From Glaucostegus cemiculus (taxonomy: Eukaryota), in assembly GCA_976551045.1 (NCBI GenBank), contig CDPCPM010000011.1:19592001-19656000 (forward strand): DNA of 64,000 nucleotides, read 5' to 3'. The position numbers were made by a program, and so were the translations under genes. The notes under the pieces were generated by a model. The model was not told where the DNA came from. It ran no database searches and saw only the letters and a program-made list of their open reading frames with translations. Shown here one piece after another: positions 12,301-26,429 of the stretch. Within the stretch, counting starts at the first letter, position 1. The number at the start of each line of letters is the position of its first letter.

Positions 12301-13309
12301 ATTCATTTTAATGGACTACTCAGTGTAGAGAATGGGAATATGAGGGCTTTTTTAATTATGGTACTTTAGTTTAACTTTGGGTATGTTTTAATATGTTATA
12401 AATAACTTTTTAAAAATTATTTATAACACCGTAAATGGTCTGAATATTCATGTGATTTATAAAATATTAAAAGTCACGAGCTTTGGCACTAGTGAATATT
12501 TAAATCTCACCTTTGCCTTATCTCAAAGAATGCCAGGATATTAAATGGGCTCTTTATTCTTTGTCAAATGTCAGTCCAGTTTCGTATTCACCAGTGAATC
12601 TTAAATCAGTAAGTTTTTTGATGATTGTTTAGTAAAATTACATATACATGTATCCTTGGTCAACACCTGACACTAACAGCTTGCATTGTATATTAAAGTT
12701 GTATCATAAAGCATCATGACAATTTACAGGAGAGTTATATAGCTTGGTATCGGATTTTATTTTGTAACAAGACATCGGAGCAGGTTTTAAGGAGTAAAGA
12801 GCTTCTGGCCTCAATAGCTGAAAGTGGTAAAATTAAAATTAGGGTTGTGCAAAAGACTAGAACTGGAGGACAATAGGTATCTTGGAGAATTGTAAGATAG
12901 GAGGACATTAGAGAAATGAAGATGGCAAAGCAATAGACGACTTGGACGAGGAAGAGAATTTTAGCGTTGGCATGTTGGTATAGGTGATGTTAGAGCTAAA
13001 ATATGCAGTCTTCTTGATTGTGCAAATGTGTGGTTGTGAGTTCATCCCTGGATTAAATATGAAACCAAGGTTACATTTGGTCATGTTTAATCTCAAACAG
13101 CTGCCAAGCAAAAGGGAATTGATTTGGTGGTTAAGAAAGTAGAGGCAGAAAATGTTGGTTTCATGTTCTGAATATTTAGTAGAAGAGAGTTCCTCCAACT
13201 TTTTGTGGATGTCTGGCAATCAAGTTAGCGTCTTGGAGACTGTTGAAGAGGCTGTGGTGAGGATTATTTAATAACCTCACAGTAGAAACACCCTGGGGAG
13301 AGAAGAATG

Positions 13310-15780
13310 GTCCAAGACTTGTAAAGTGAACAATTATGAGGGCATGAAAGCAGAACTAGCTAAAGTAAACTAGCAAATTTACATGTGGCAAGCACTTGAG
13401 GGGGTCTTTCCAATACAGAATCGATATATTCCATAATATATTCAACAAGGTTGGAGGGATCTACAATCCATGGTTAACTAAAAAGTTAAAGGTGATACCA
13501 AACTTAAAGAAAAAGCATATAATTGTGCAAAAATGGATGGCAGGTCAGAAGATGGGATAGAAAATAAAAAATCAACAAAGAATGACTAAATGATTAATAA
13601 GGAAGGAAGAATTAGAATACAAAATAAAGTTAACCAGAAATGTAGAAGCAGATAGTAAAAGTCTCTATAGATACTTTAAAAAGAGTTGATGTGACTATTG
13701 GTTCTATAAAGGTGTCTGGGAAATTAATAATTGAAAACAAGGAGACAGCAGATGAATTAAGCAGGTACTTTGCATCAGTCTCTACTGTATTGAATACCTG
13801 TAACGTCTCAGAAATAACTGCATGTCCGGGATTGGAATGGAGGGAGGAACTCAAAAGAATTTCAGTTTTGAGGTAGGTGGTCTTGAGCAAAATTACTGGA
13901 GCCCTGAGCAAGTCTCCAGGGCCTAATGGACTCCATTCTAGAATCTTAAAAGTTGTTAGTGGGATAAGTGATGCATTGGTTTTAATTTTCCAAAATTCTC
14001 TACGCTCAGGGAAGTTTCATTAGATTGTGAAAAAGCTAGTAACTCTTTAATTCAAAAGTAGAGGATGGCAGGCCAGGTAGTTTAAAACCTATTATAGAAA
14101 ATGTATTGGAATCTACTGTTAACGAAAAATTCAAGGTAATACCAACAAGATTTTGTGAAAAGCATATCATGTTCGACCAGTTTATTGGAGACATTTGAAG
14201 AGGATGAGCGTGTACTGTGAATGGAGGGGACCCAGTGGACATCCTATAATTAGATTTCCAAAAGGCAGTTGATGAGGTGTACATTAAAAAGCATGTCAAA
14301 GGTCTTAGTGCTGAGGCCTCAACCTTTTATAAGTTCTGTGACTGATATGAATGAAGACTCTGAAGATGTATTTGGTAACTGAAAGCAAACCAAGTTGTGA
14401 AGAGGACAAAAGCCATAAAGCTATAAAGATAGATTAAATGAATGGAGGGAAATAATCTGGACAGTGGAGTATGATGTGGGAAAACAAGAAATTGTCTGTT
14501 TTGGCAGGAGAAATAAAATGATGTGGCATATTGTCTTAACAGTGAGAAATTGCAAAACTCTGAGATCTAAATCTTCAAGTGCATGTTTCTCTGAAGGCTG
14601 TGTGCAGGTAATTAGGAAAGCTAACTTGATATTGGTATTGGTTTATTATTGTCACTTGTACCGAGGTACGGTGAAAAGCTTGTCTTATAAACCGATCGTA
14701 CAGGTCAATTCATTACACAGTGCAGTTACATTGAGTTAGTACAAAGTGCATTGATGTAGTACAGGTAAAAACAGTAATAGTACAGAGTAAAGTGTCACAG
14801 CTACAGAGAAAGTGCAGTGCAATAAGGTGCAAGGTAGATTGTGAGGTCATAGTCCATCATTGTATAAGGGAACTATTCAATAGTTTTATCCCAGTGGGGT
14901 AGAAGCTGTCCTTAAGTCTGGGGTACATGCCCTCAGGCACCTGTATCTTTTACCTGATGGAAGAGGAGAGAAGAGAGAATGCTCTGGGTGGGTGGGGTCT
15001 TTGATTATGCTGGCTGCTACACCAAGACAAGAAGAGGTAAAGAGTCCAAGGAGGGGAGGCTAGTGTCCGTGATGCTCTGGGCTGTGTCCACAACTCTCTG
15101 CAGCTTCTTGCGGTCCTGGGCAGAGCAGTTGCTGTATCAAGCCGTGATGCATCCAGATAGGATGCTTTCTATGATGCATCGGTAAAAGTTGATGAGAGTC
15201 AAAGAGGACAAACCAAATTTCTTTGGCCTCCTGAGGAAATAGAGGTGCTGGTGAGCTTTCTTGGCTGTGGCGTCTACATGATTTGACCAGGACAGGCTGT
15301 TGATGTTCACACCCAGGAACTTGAAGCTCTCAACCCTCTCAACCTCAGCACCATTGATGTAGACAGGTGCATGTACACCACCCCCTTTCCTGAAGTCAAT
15401 GATCAGCTCTTTTGTTGACATTGAGGGAAAGGTTGTTGTCATGACACCATTTCACTAAGCTCTCTATCTCCTTGAATGTCATTATTTATCACAAGGGAAA
15501 TTGAATATAAAAGTAGGGAGGTAGTGCATCATTTATAAAGGGCATTGGTGAGACTGTCTGAAGTACTGTGTACAGTATTCATCTCCTTACGGATGGATGT
15601 TAATGCATTGGAAGCAGTACAGAGAATGTTTGCTATACCAGTGGAGATGCAAGACACTGCAATACCTGGCATGGTGGGTTGTCTTAGGAGGAAAGGTTGG
15701 AAGGCTACATTTGTATCCACTAGAGTTTAAGAGTGAGAAGGCACTTAAATGAAACATGTAAGTCCTCCAGAAGCTTAATT
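13310..15780 (+). mobile_element. Decayed CR1 LINE ORF2 fragment, split by a Rex1/Babar insertion
   Basis: ENKETADELSRYFASV, KSPGPNGLHSRILK and ttagatttccaaaaggcagttgatgaggtg (LDFQKAxDxV) are CR1 motifs. Continues after 15470 with ALEAVQRMF. Confidence 0.75.
14630..15470 (-). mobile_element. 5'-truncated Rex1/Babar LINE (RT C-terminus plus 3' UTR)
   Basis: ORF 15137..15442(-) TKELIIDFRK...VERVESFKFLGV...KKAHQHLYFLRR...FYRCIIESILSGCITA is typical of Rex1/Babar. Tail AATAAA(CCAATA)n. Apparent TSD CTTGA at 14625-14629 and 15471-15475. Confidence 0.85.
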
Positions 15781-18700
15781 TTATTTCATTTTGTATTGTG
15801 GTGTTGATAGGGCTGATGCTTTCTGGTTGTACACCATCTCTCCTCAGAATTTTCTGTAACAATTCAGCGTCTTAATAGACCCTGACAAAATACCAATCTA
15901 GAACCACGTTTCTGTGTGCCAACGGGCCTCCGCCTCCAAACTATTGAATCTTCTATCACCATGACTTTGCCAACCAAATTTTTCTCTTATACACTTGAAC
16001 CACCCATGATTCCATGAACAGAGTTCTGACTCTACTTACCAGAAGAAGCATTTGCCAGTAACTAAATCTGTGTACAAGTTTGACAGTAAGATGCTCTTGG
16101 AACTTCTTGAATACCTGTCCTCAGAATTCTCAGTGTGTTCACTCTCTGTCTCTAAATCTTTGAGTTATAATACTTTTATCCTAAAATTCTCCTCCTTGCT
16201 GATGCTATTGCTGAAGCTCCAAAACCTTAAGCAATCAGGCTGCACCAGCTGGTGTTTTTATTCTCTCTGTGCATATCTCATTTTCCATCGCATGAGAAGT
16301 ATTTCTGGACTTCCCACACAGCACAGATCATACACAAGTGCAAAGCCAGGTCTTTCTTTATAAAATTGCTAACTAAATTTTTACCAGCATGTTTAAGTCT
16401 GAGTCCTTTTCTTTCTTGAGTCCAAGTATCTTGTTTCTTTAATTAATCAGAGTAGCTATTTGAAGGGAGAGGGTCATAAATTGCATTAACCAGCTCCTGG
16501 ATCAGGAGGGTAAATTTTGCAGTAAAGGTTTAGCTGGACTATAGTGAGGGGTGCAAGTGATGGATCTCGTAGATAGGATTAGGATGAAGAGCGAATGGGG
16601 ACAGAATTGGAGAGGAAACTAGGGAGATATTTTGTGGCTTGGGGAAGTGTTATCCTTTGAAGAATATTGACCTGGTGGGCTGAGGATTGGTCTTGGCTTT
16701 TAGTGGCATGAACTTATCAGACATATTGGAGGAGGCAAGGTAGAGGTTTTACAGTGATTTTTTTTTGTGGCAAAGAAGCCTGGATTTTATTTGCGTTCCA
16801 GTATAATCCTTAAATAATGTCTTCTAACAGGAGAGCTAGACTCAAATTTATATACAAGCAGGAGTTACTTGCCAGTAATGAAAAGCAGGTTTCTGGTTCA
16901 TTTTAATTCTGTCTCCTCCCTCTTGATGCTTTCTACCTCTTCATTAGATCAGCTATCTGAGCTCAGACTAGAGATTGAAACTTGGATCTTTTCTGGCTAA
17001 CTCATTTATAATTTCAGAATGTGCTTTAACTTTTAAACATGAATGCTGAAATGTTGAAGTGTTAGATCTGTTTGAGACAATGTTTAGGCCAATTGTAGGT
17101 AAAGTGAGCAGTGATTGCCACAATTTCTGTTTTGGGTGTTTTCTTTCTGCAGTCTCTGTGAAGTGCATTTTTCTATAATTGGTTTATTATTCCCCATTAC
17201 TATGTTGCTCTTACGAATCTGTAGAAACATCAAAAGGAACCAGAATGAAAAATCTGTAAATAATTAACAAGATTAAAATCAAATAAGGTAAATGGAAATT
17301 TCATTACCAAGTAACATAAGCAACCAATAAGCACAAATTAGTCTCTGAAGCAGGCTGAATAGCTGATTATAAAATGGTGACACTCTGTGCTGGAGTCTGT
17401 CAAATCCTCACTTTGTCTATCACCTCTTTCTTCCTCAAATAAATGAAAACTTAGCCACTTACTTGGATAGAAAGTCAAAGAAAAAGAAAAATTCAGAAAT
17501 AAAGACAGTGAATGCTGAAAATAGTCAGCAGGTCAGACAGCACCTGTGGAAATTGAAAAGTAAAAATGTCATCAACCACGTGCTGTATAACCTGCTTGGT
17601 ATTTCCAGAATTTTCCGTATTTATAATATATGAGACTTTGAGTGATAACAACTATGGTTAAGTTGGTTGCTCCAAATGTCACAGTTTGGAGAGAATAGTG
17701 GCTATTGGTGGTTGAAAAATGGCAAAGATGCGGATATAAAGAATAGCAAGAATGGCTATAAAAGTAAACAAAAATACTGATTTGGTGAAGTTTTTATTGA
17801 AGTCTTGTATGACATAATAGTCTTGTGGTGAATTTTGAAGAGTTATTTGAGCTTATTGTGCACAGTGAAAATTTAATGATTCAAAGCTAATTTCAAGTTT
17901 AGCAAGGTCACATGGAAAGTTGGTTTGACAAATTAACTGCTGTGCAGACTGTGTTCTGCTCTATAGAATTTTAAAATGGAAGTTCAAATTAAGAGATTCT
18001 AAATGTCAATATAATTGTTGTTCCTATCTGATTAGAGGAAAATGTAGCTAGATAATACTATGTAAATTGAAAGTACTGTTGATTTCACTGACAGTATGGC
18101 AGTACTTCAGAACTCTGAAATGCTTTGTTGTTTCCTAACATGAAAATCTCTGTCACTCATCTTTGAAGGAAGGGAATATGCTCTGGAGCCTCTAGCATAG
18201 CCACTCTATGTAGGTGTCTATTTGGCAGTGTACGTGAGTGTTCAAGATCACCTATTTTAGTTTTTCATTGGAGAAGCTGCTGGTTTCTGTTCTGATTCTG
18301 TATCAAACTACTTGGATCCACGTCTCCTGAGAGTCAGCTGGGCCCATTTTCCAGCTCTAACACTTATTGTAAATGATGCACTGCAGCACGCCATTCAATC
18401 TAGTAATTCATCATACTCTGTTTTCTGAGTTCATTGCCTCTTATTTTCCTTTATTATCTCTCCATTTATAATCATCAAGGTTACTTCTTGACCTTACTAC
18501 ATCGTGGTTTCACAACTCCCATCAACTTAATAACAGATAGGGCTATCTCTCATCACAACCTTGTACTGCCCTTTACCAACGTACCTCCCACCCTATTTGA
18601 TATTCTGCATCCTGATGACGGCCCTCTTCCAATTCACTCGGATGTATACCTTAAAAATATAAATTGCCTGGTCACTTTTTTCACAACAATCTGCTTAATC

Positions 18701-19319
18701 ACATTGACACCTCCACTTTGATGCCCTTGTTCATTTTAAAACCATTATTCTCTCATAACCTAGATTCCCAATGCAACTTTCAAATCCTCTCCCATGAATC
18801 AAGGAACATAAGTAAGCTGGATAAATGGCAATTACCTCCTGAGACAACTAGCTGTCCAGAATGATTAGATTAAAGCAATAACCTCCAGCTTGTCCCCTCT
18901 TTTGCAAATAATTTTCTTAAACCCCTCTCTCTCTCTTTCTTCCAATGTTTGAGGAGCTCTTGCATTGGCTTTTTACTGATGCTGAGACTGTCCACTTAAC
19001 TACATCTGTTGCTTCCTTCCCTTTAAGTTCCCTTAAAACTTCAGCTCAGAGTGCACTGAGCTGAAGTTCTAAGACTCCCCCCATAGACCTTGTCCAAAGT
19101 TGCACTTCTCCAAATTCTACCCTAACTACTTCTAATGCCCTCTCTTAGCTCATCTTATCCATAGGGCCCTCCTTCTGGTTCTGCTACTTCCACTAAATTG
19201 CTGACTACCCTATTCCTATTAAATTCCCTCAGTGTTACCTGCTGTTCAGATACCCTTCTTCCTTTTACAAATCTCACAAACAATTTTTTTTGTTCTTACA
19301 AACAAAAATACCCTTGACC

Positions 19320-20005
19320 CTTGGTCTTTGATGTACACCTTTGGGTGTAAGTCTTTAGCTTCCTGAAAATGGACACTCTGATGGATAAAGTAGTGAAGAA
19401 GGCATTTGGTATGCTTTGCCTTCATAGCCTGAGGCATTGAGTATAATAGTTGCTGTGTCATGTTGCAGCTAAACAGAACATTGCACGATACAGGTGCAGT
19501 TGAACCAATGTTCTAGTTGCCGTACTGCAGGAAGGATGTGGTGGCAATGGAGAGAGTGAGGGGAGATTCACCAAGATGTTGACTGGAATGGAGGGCTGTA
19601 CAGTTAAGGAGAGGTTGGATGGGCTGGGTTTATTCTCATTGGAACATTAGAAACTGAGGGGTGACCTTGTAGAGGTTTCTAAAATTATGAGTGGCATAGA
19701 TAAGATAGATGGCCTTTTTCCCAGGGCAGAGGACACATCTCTAAGGTGAGAGGGGAGAAATTTAAAGGAGATCTGAGGGGTAAATTTTTCCATATAAAGG
19801 GTGGTGGTTACCTGGAACAAGCTGCCAGAGGAGATGATAATGGCAGATAACAATTACAACATTTAAAAGGCATCTGGATAGGTATTTGGATAGAAAGACA
19901 GAGATCTGCCTAATGTAAGCACATGATATTAGTGTAAATTGGCATCACAGTTGCATGGAAGAGGTGGACCAAAATGACCTGTTTCTGTTCTGTATGATTC
20001 GATGA
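19320..20005 (+). mobile_element. CR1 LINE 3' fragment
   Basis: Decayed KKAFGMLAFI...ERVxGRFTKMLTGMEG...LRGDLVEVSKIMSGID sequence, ending in a CR1 3' UTR (...cctgtttctgttctgtatgattcgatga). Confidence 0.85.
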
Positions 20006-20739
20006 ACAACCTTCATTTGCTGTCCAACCTAGAATTGTTTTATGCTAAACTTATGCCTGGCTTTTCCTCCATTTAGTTTACCAGCCCTGCCACAGCACTG
20101 AAATGGCTCTTAATAAAGTCACTAATGATATTTAAATTAATTATGACAAAGGTAATGCCATGCCACCATAGTCTAGCCTGGTGAGATGCACTGTCCTGAT
20201 TTTATGCTTATCTATACAATTGTAACCAGGGAATCAACTGCAATGGAATCTCTTTTTATTCCTGCATTATTACCTCTGCACGTAATGTCCCCATCCTCCA
20301 CCACCACTCTTTCCCATTATTCATCTACTGGGTGTTATGGCAACATCACACAAAATTGTATCAGTTTTCACATGCATGTTGATGGTACCCAGCTCAGAGG
20401 GATTGCACTTCAGTGGACTGGAACTTCAACAGAATGCAAATGCCAAGGATTTGGTAAGCATGGGAATTTGTGAGGTTCTGATCAGTGAAATCTTGTTTTG
20501 GGTTTTGTATTTAAGAGTTTAACTTGAAATTTAAGATGCAATTTAGCTGTGTTTCTTTTACATTATTGGTCAATAGTAAACAATTGCCAACTGATACAAA
20601 CTAACAATTAACCAGTTGGTCAGCTATTACTGGTTATTTGATTTTTGAAGTGATCATGTCAGCAGAGGCTAAGCAAGCACTTGAGAAATTTGGGCAAGAC
20701 TAAAAATTATGCGAGTGAAGTATTTTGTTGACATACTGA

Positions 20740-21056
20740 TTGGTTACACTTAAGTGGAGTGCAAAGGTCACTGCCTCTGCTCCAATTATAATCAATCCTG
20801 ATCTCTAATGAAGTTTGCACATTCTCCCTGTGACTCTTCAATTTACTCCAGGTGCTCCTGTTTCCTTACACGTACCAAAGACATGCAGTTTGGCAGGTTA
20901 ATTGGCAAACATAGATTGCTTGTAGTATGTAGGTGAGTGATTAAAATCTGGGGGAGCTGATGGGAATGTGTGACAGATAAAATAGGATTAGTGTAAATAG
21001 GTGCTTGAAAGTCAGCATGGATTTGGACTTAAGGTTGTGCTTTCTCTGACTCTAAG
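20740..21056 (+). mobile_element. Old HE1/V-SINE with CR1-type tail
   Basis: V-domain gaagtttgcacattctccctgtgac...ccaggtgctcctgtttcc...ccaaagacatgcag, followed by the tail gtcagcatggatttgg...ctctgactcta. Confidence 0.7.
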
Positions 21057-21199
21057 ATGTAGGCATTTAGTGAATGGAGGAAGAGGTGCTGTCTACTTAT
21101 TTTTTTGCTTTTAAACAAAAACTGATCAATTTAAAAAAAAAACAATCAATTCTACCAGTAAAACAGCCTGGGGTTAAGTGATGACCAAAAATGCAATTT

Positions 21200-24100
21200 G
21201 ATTTTAGTAAATATAAACACAATAGAGCTCCTCGGTCTCATTGAATACATTTCCTATGCCATGTGGCAAATTTGGAATCTTCTGACATCCAGGACAACCA
21301 CGTGCAAAAAATGTTGACAACTGCAAGTTCTGGAGATTCAGAATTCAGATCATGACCAAGAGCAGGTGTAACTAAAGTGCACTCATGAGGCTGAATGTTA
21401 CATAGACAATGTGTTCTAGGAGGTGGTCACCCCACAGTTTAACCATTTGAAGATATAGAAGAACAGACCAGGTGAAGAGTGCAGAAATTCCCTCCATGCA
21501 TCACGCTACTCTGAAGACAGAAAATGCCAAGAGAGCAGAGCCAAAGCCCATTCTTTAGTATTGTTGATGACACGGTTGTATTGGGTCACGGTAGTAAAGA
21601 TAGTAGCTATACCAGTGACAATGGTAAGGCAGGAGAGTAGTAGTCAATAGGAATTTGGTATTTTCAGAAGCAGCTAAGAGCATCTGTGGCCCTTCCAGGA
21701 AAGGAAGTTGTTTCCCAAGTGCCAGGGCCATATGTGTCACTAGGTGGCTGCAGAAAGTTCCAAAGGTGGAGGGTAACCACACAGAGATGATGGTGATCCA
21801 CATTGGCATCAATGGCCTTGGCAGAAAGAAGGATGAACAGGAATCTGGGGAACAGATTAAAAAGCAGGATTTTGTAAGTAGTAATTTACTGTTCACTATC
21901 AGTGCCATGTGAGCACAGAAATAGGAATAGAGTGTAAATGTATATGTGGTTGAAGAGAAAATACAGAAGGAGGACTTTAGTACCTTAAGGTTTTGAGACT
22001 TTCTTGGGGAGCTGGGGCCCATATAAGCCAGCTGGTTGTTTCCTCACAGAGTGAGGATTGATATTCTTGCAGGAGATTTGCGGTGGTGTTTTGATGGATT
22101 CAAACGAGCTTGGCAGTGAGGTGGGAACCTAACAGCAATTTCTGAAAAAAAAATGTGACCAGATTAGATGTGTAAGGAGGGTGTTTATTAAATGATGATA
22201 GAAGGCCCAGGAAACACAGACTGGGGGGTGGTGTGAAATGTGTTGTTTGATATTTTTAATTGTTCATACTTCAATGCAGGAAATTAAGGTAATAAAGGTG
22301 AAGCACCAATGGCAAAAAGGGACATACCGATCATTATCATATATGGTTTAAAATTGGACAAGAGTAGCTGGTTACAAGGTTTCATCAGGGTAGTATACTG
22401 CAAAAAAAGCAATAGCAGTGGACTTACCTTTAGGGAATGACCCTGGCAAGTAAAAAAGGCAGTGTGAGAGAATTTTGGAGACAGTGATCATAATTCGTTA
22501 CATTTGGCCAAGTTGTAGATAAAATCAAAAGTAAACCTGAAGAAAAAGTTCTATATTGGGGTGTCAGTTTTACTTACAGAAATGATTTATCACAACTAGA
22601 CTGAAAACACTTACTTGAAGTAAATCAATATCAGGCCAATGAAGTGCATTCATGGAGGTGATGGTGAAGGTTCAGACTAAATGTTTTCCCTTTAAAGAGG
22701 GGAGCTGTCAAATCTAGGTCCCTATGGATATCAAGTAACATGCAGAACAGAATAAAGAAAAATAGAGGAGTTTATGATGGATACAGGGCAGCTCAACACT
22801 GTATGAAAAAAATGTGGACAGGTAAGATAAAAGAATACCCAAAAAATGTTTTATAAATATGCAAAGAAAAAGGATAACTGTGGAGAGGATAAGTTTTGTT
22901 ATAGGTGAAAACAGTGGTTGGTGTGTAGAGGTATACAAAGTTCTAAATTAATACATGTATATATCTGTATTGAAGTGGAGTATGATATTGATATTAACAT
23001 TGAGATTAAGAATAATAAAGGGATAGGAAAGGCTTAGAGGGATAAGAGCCAAATATGGGTGAATGGGACCAGCTTTGGGCATCTTGGTTGGGCTGAAGGG
23101 CTTGTTTCCATGCTGTATGACTCTAAATGTGAGGGGAAAGATACCATAAGGAGAAAGGGTATGTAGTATTAAGAGATCTAGCATCCTTAAAACCAAAAGA
23201 ATTACTGAGCCCAGATAAAATACCCCTGGCCACTAAAGAAGGAAATAGTACATGCGTATGTTATTTTCCAATCTGCTTTCGCTACAGGCATGGTGCCAGA
23301 ACTGGAAGATTGCTGATGTGATAGTGTTGTTGAAAAAGGGAGAAAGGATGTGACCAAATAACTGAAAGCCAGTTAACCTATCAAAGGTGGTGAGCAAATT
23401 GATGAAAAAAAATCTGAAGAATGTCATAAAACAGCATTTAGCTTGTTAATTGGGGGCAGTCAACATGGATTTGTTAAGGGAAGGTTACATCTTATCGACA
23501 AAATTGAATTTTTTGACAACTAACAAGAAGGGTTGATAAGGGGAGATAGAGTATACATGCATTTTAGCATTTATTTGACAAAGTCCCACTTAACACATTC
23601 ATCAAAAACATAAAAGCCACTGGGATTCAAGATAACATGGCACGATTAGTATTTCTTCAAAGAGAAAGTGGATAATGCTCAAGAGTTGTAACAACCAGAG
23701 GGCTGTATGCAGTGGGCTTCCACAGGACTCATTACTAGACCCCTAGTATTTTGTAGTACAAGTGAATGATTTTAACTTATTCATAACCTCGATGTTCAGA
23801 AGTTTATCAGTGATGCCAAAATTAGTACTGTAGTTAATAGCATGAAAGTAAGTTCCAGAACAAGATGATGTCAATGAACTAACTTGATGGGCACAAAAGC
23901 GGTAAATTGAACTCATTCTAAAGAAGTATGGGATAATATACTTGAAGTGCAAACAAGTCAAGGGTATGCATGATAAGTAGTAGGATAGCAGGAAGTTTAG
24001 AAGAACAGTGAGATCTTGGCATACATTTCCACAGATCACAAAATGTATCATAGATGGTTAAGGTGGTTTTAAAAAGAAACATACAGCATACTTGTCTTTA

Positions 24101-24490
24101 TCAGCCAGGGAATTAATTAGCAGACTTTAGAGACCAAGCTAGATATGTATAAACCATGATGCCACAGAGTACTGTGTACATTTCCGATCACTATATTACT
24201 GAAAGGATGCAGAGCAAGCTTACCAGAGTTAGCAGGGTGGAGACTTAGTTATGATGAGATACTTACTAGGTTGCAGCTGTGTTTTAAATTAAGGGAGTAG
24301 ATAAAAATTTGGGGGATCCATATCTTACTGCCAAAGTGGGAAGTGAAGGGAGAAAGTACCTGGATATGAACACTTGGACGACCCACAGCCTACAAGACAG
24401 TGGACAATGAGTTGGGAAGTGGAATTAATTTAATTAATCCATTTTTAGCCAGTATGGGCACAATGGACCAAATGGCTTCTTTCTGTGACA
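21200..24490 (+). mobile_element. Near full-length but decayed CR1 LINE (ORF1 SGNH esterase, endonuclease, RT remnants)
   Basis: ORF 21655..21912 CFPSARAICV...EGNHTEMMVIHIGINGLGRKK resembles the CR1 ORF1 esterase (CLPGARV...VVHIGTNDIGRK). RT remnants caacatggatttgttaagggaagg (QHGFVKGR). 3' UTR ends at about 24490. Confidence 0.75.
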
Positions 24491-26429
24491 AAGTACCACT
24501 TTCTGTTCCATTTTTTATGGTACCTCAAAACTGCCTTTCTTGACAACTTCACTGTCTCTGGATAGTCAGACTGCTTATCTGACTTCTAGCACTGGATAAG
24601 CAGCAATTTCCTTAAACTAAATTTTGGGAGGATTCATTGTCATCACAAACATGGGTCTCCAATTCTTTGTTTCTCACTGGTAGCTATTGAAGCTGTCGAA
24701 TCATTCACAGTCTCGGTGCTAAATTTGGCCCAGAGATGAATTTCAAACCACTTGTACACTTTTTCACAGATGCTGTATTTCCATCCTTTTAATATTGCCT
24801 GACTCTACAATGCCTCAGTTATTCTGTTTTGAAACCCTTATGTAGCCTTCTATTGTCTATAGTTATTACGCTTTTGTTTTCCCTTCTTTGTCCTGTGCTT
24901 CATAATTTTAAATTTCAAAATGTTATTATCCATCTCCTAACTCTCACTAAAATGCTATTCACCCATCACTTTTTGCTTCATGATTTAAGTTTGTTTCCAG
25001 TTAATCAGTTCTCACTCTTTATTTTCAAAGCTCTTCATGGCTTTGTACCTCCTGATCTTTGTAATCTCCCTCAGCTTTACAACACTGCAAGGTATCTGCA
25101 CTCCTGTTGATCTTTTAATCATCCCTGAATTTAATTGTCATTGGTGCCTTCAGTTGCTTAAACCCTTAGACTCTGGAATTTCCTTTTTAAACCACTGTCC
25201 TCTTTCATTTCTCCTTTAAGACGCTACTTAAAACCAAACCTTTAACCAAACTTTTAATGGACTGCCTTGTCACATCTATGGTTAAGTGTCGGCTTAGCTT
25301 TGATTTGATTTTGCTTTGTGAACCTTCTTGTGTGCATTTTTCTGCACTGAGTCATTAACAAAAAAATTATTTGAGTTTAAATTTCTTTACCACATTTAAT
25401 GTGCTACCCATTTACAATTCCTTGCTGTTCTATATGCATCAGGAAACTATTACAGGCTGAATTATCAAATGGTATTGAACTCAATTCCTTTATGTTTAAG
25501 CACATAGTATTGGTTCATACTATAACATGGCCTGGACTATACCAATCACATGGTGAAGGTATATTATGTTTCTAGAAGTATCATTCTTTGGGACCAACCT
25601 GGATTCTGTTCCAATCAAAAAATGAAGGAATGTTACATTTTCAGAACAGCCTTCCTTCAAGTGCAACTTTTAAACAAGCCCCAGCCAACTTGTTTCCCTG
25701 GTTAGGTTGTCTTTTCATTGTATCTTGGCCTGCTTGAATAAGAACTCCATGTTCTGAGTATTTCAGGTTTGGCAAATGCAAAAAAAATCCTTGTTCGAAC
25801 TCACTAATGTACCATTCAGCCATCTTTGTTGGTTTATGAGTTAAATTAGTATTCCTCTTATAATTTGCCTCAATCAAAATTCAGGTTATTTCACTAATTC
25901 ATGGTCAAGAGATAATGAGAAAGATCTGATGAGGAGGAATATAAATGGAGATTTTTGTGTTTTATTGATTTTTCAGTAAGGGCCTTGGTACTTTCAAGTA
26001 GAATAGTAATGATGTAGATAACACCTTGCATTACATTTATGTGCTGCCTAATCCCAACTCGCCATTATCCTAAAGTTTGACAAACAGTTAAATGAAATGA
26101 GCTATAGTATGGGCATGCAAATTGAGGTTAGTCATTTCTGAACTGAACTGAAGATATTGCAAACAGTTCAGCCTTGTCTTTTGCTCGCACAGCCTCTGTC
26201 CACCATCATTGAGCATGAAAGTGTTCATGGAGTCTCTCCTCTTGAAGTAACTAGATGTAGTAGGACTGGAGAGCTTTGATTTGATCCATTGGTTGTGGGA
26301 TATCTCCATCTATATTGTGCTTCATCCACTGTTTAGCATGCATGTCGTCATTTGTATTAGGATGGCTATAATTTTTATAATATCCTTGATGCCACACTAG
26401 CATATTTAACACACTTCATTAGGGCTGCC

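Larger units (their letters stand above)
18300..25340 (+). mobile_element. Old L2-clade LINE, fragmented by nested CR1 and SINE insertions
   Basis: About 20075-20150 encodes PCHSTEMALNKVTNDI (L2 RT HSTETAL motif). L2-like pieces lie at about 18300-19250, 20005-20420 and 24500-25340 (IFKALHGFVPPDLCNL). Confidence 0.6.

Noticed and set aside
17125-17165. Strong acceptor ttttctttctgcag followed by TCT CTG TGA
   Set aside because: Immediate stop with no close poly(A) signal or donor. Indistinguishable from a chance pseudo-acceptor.
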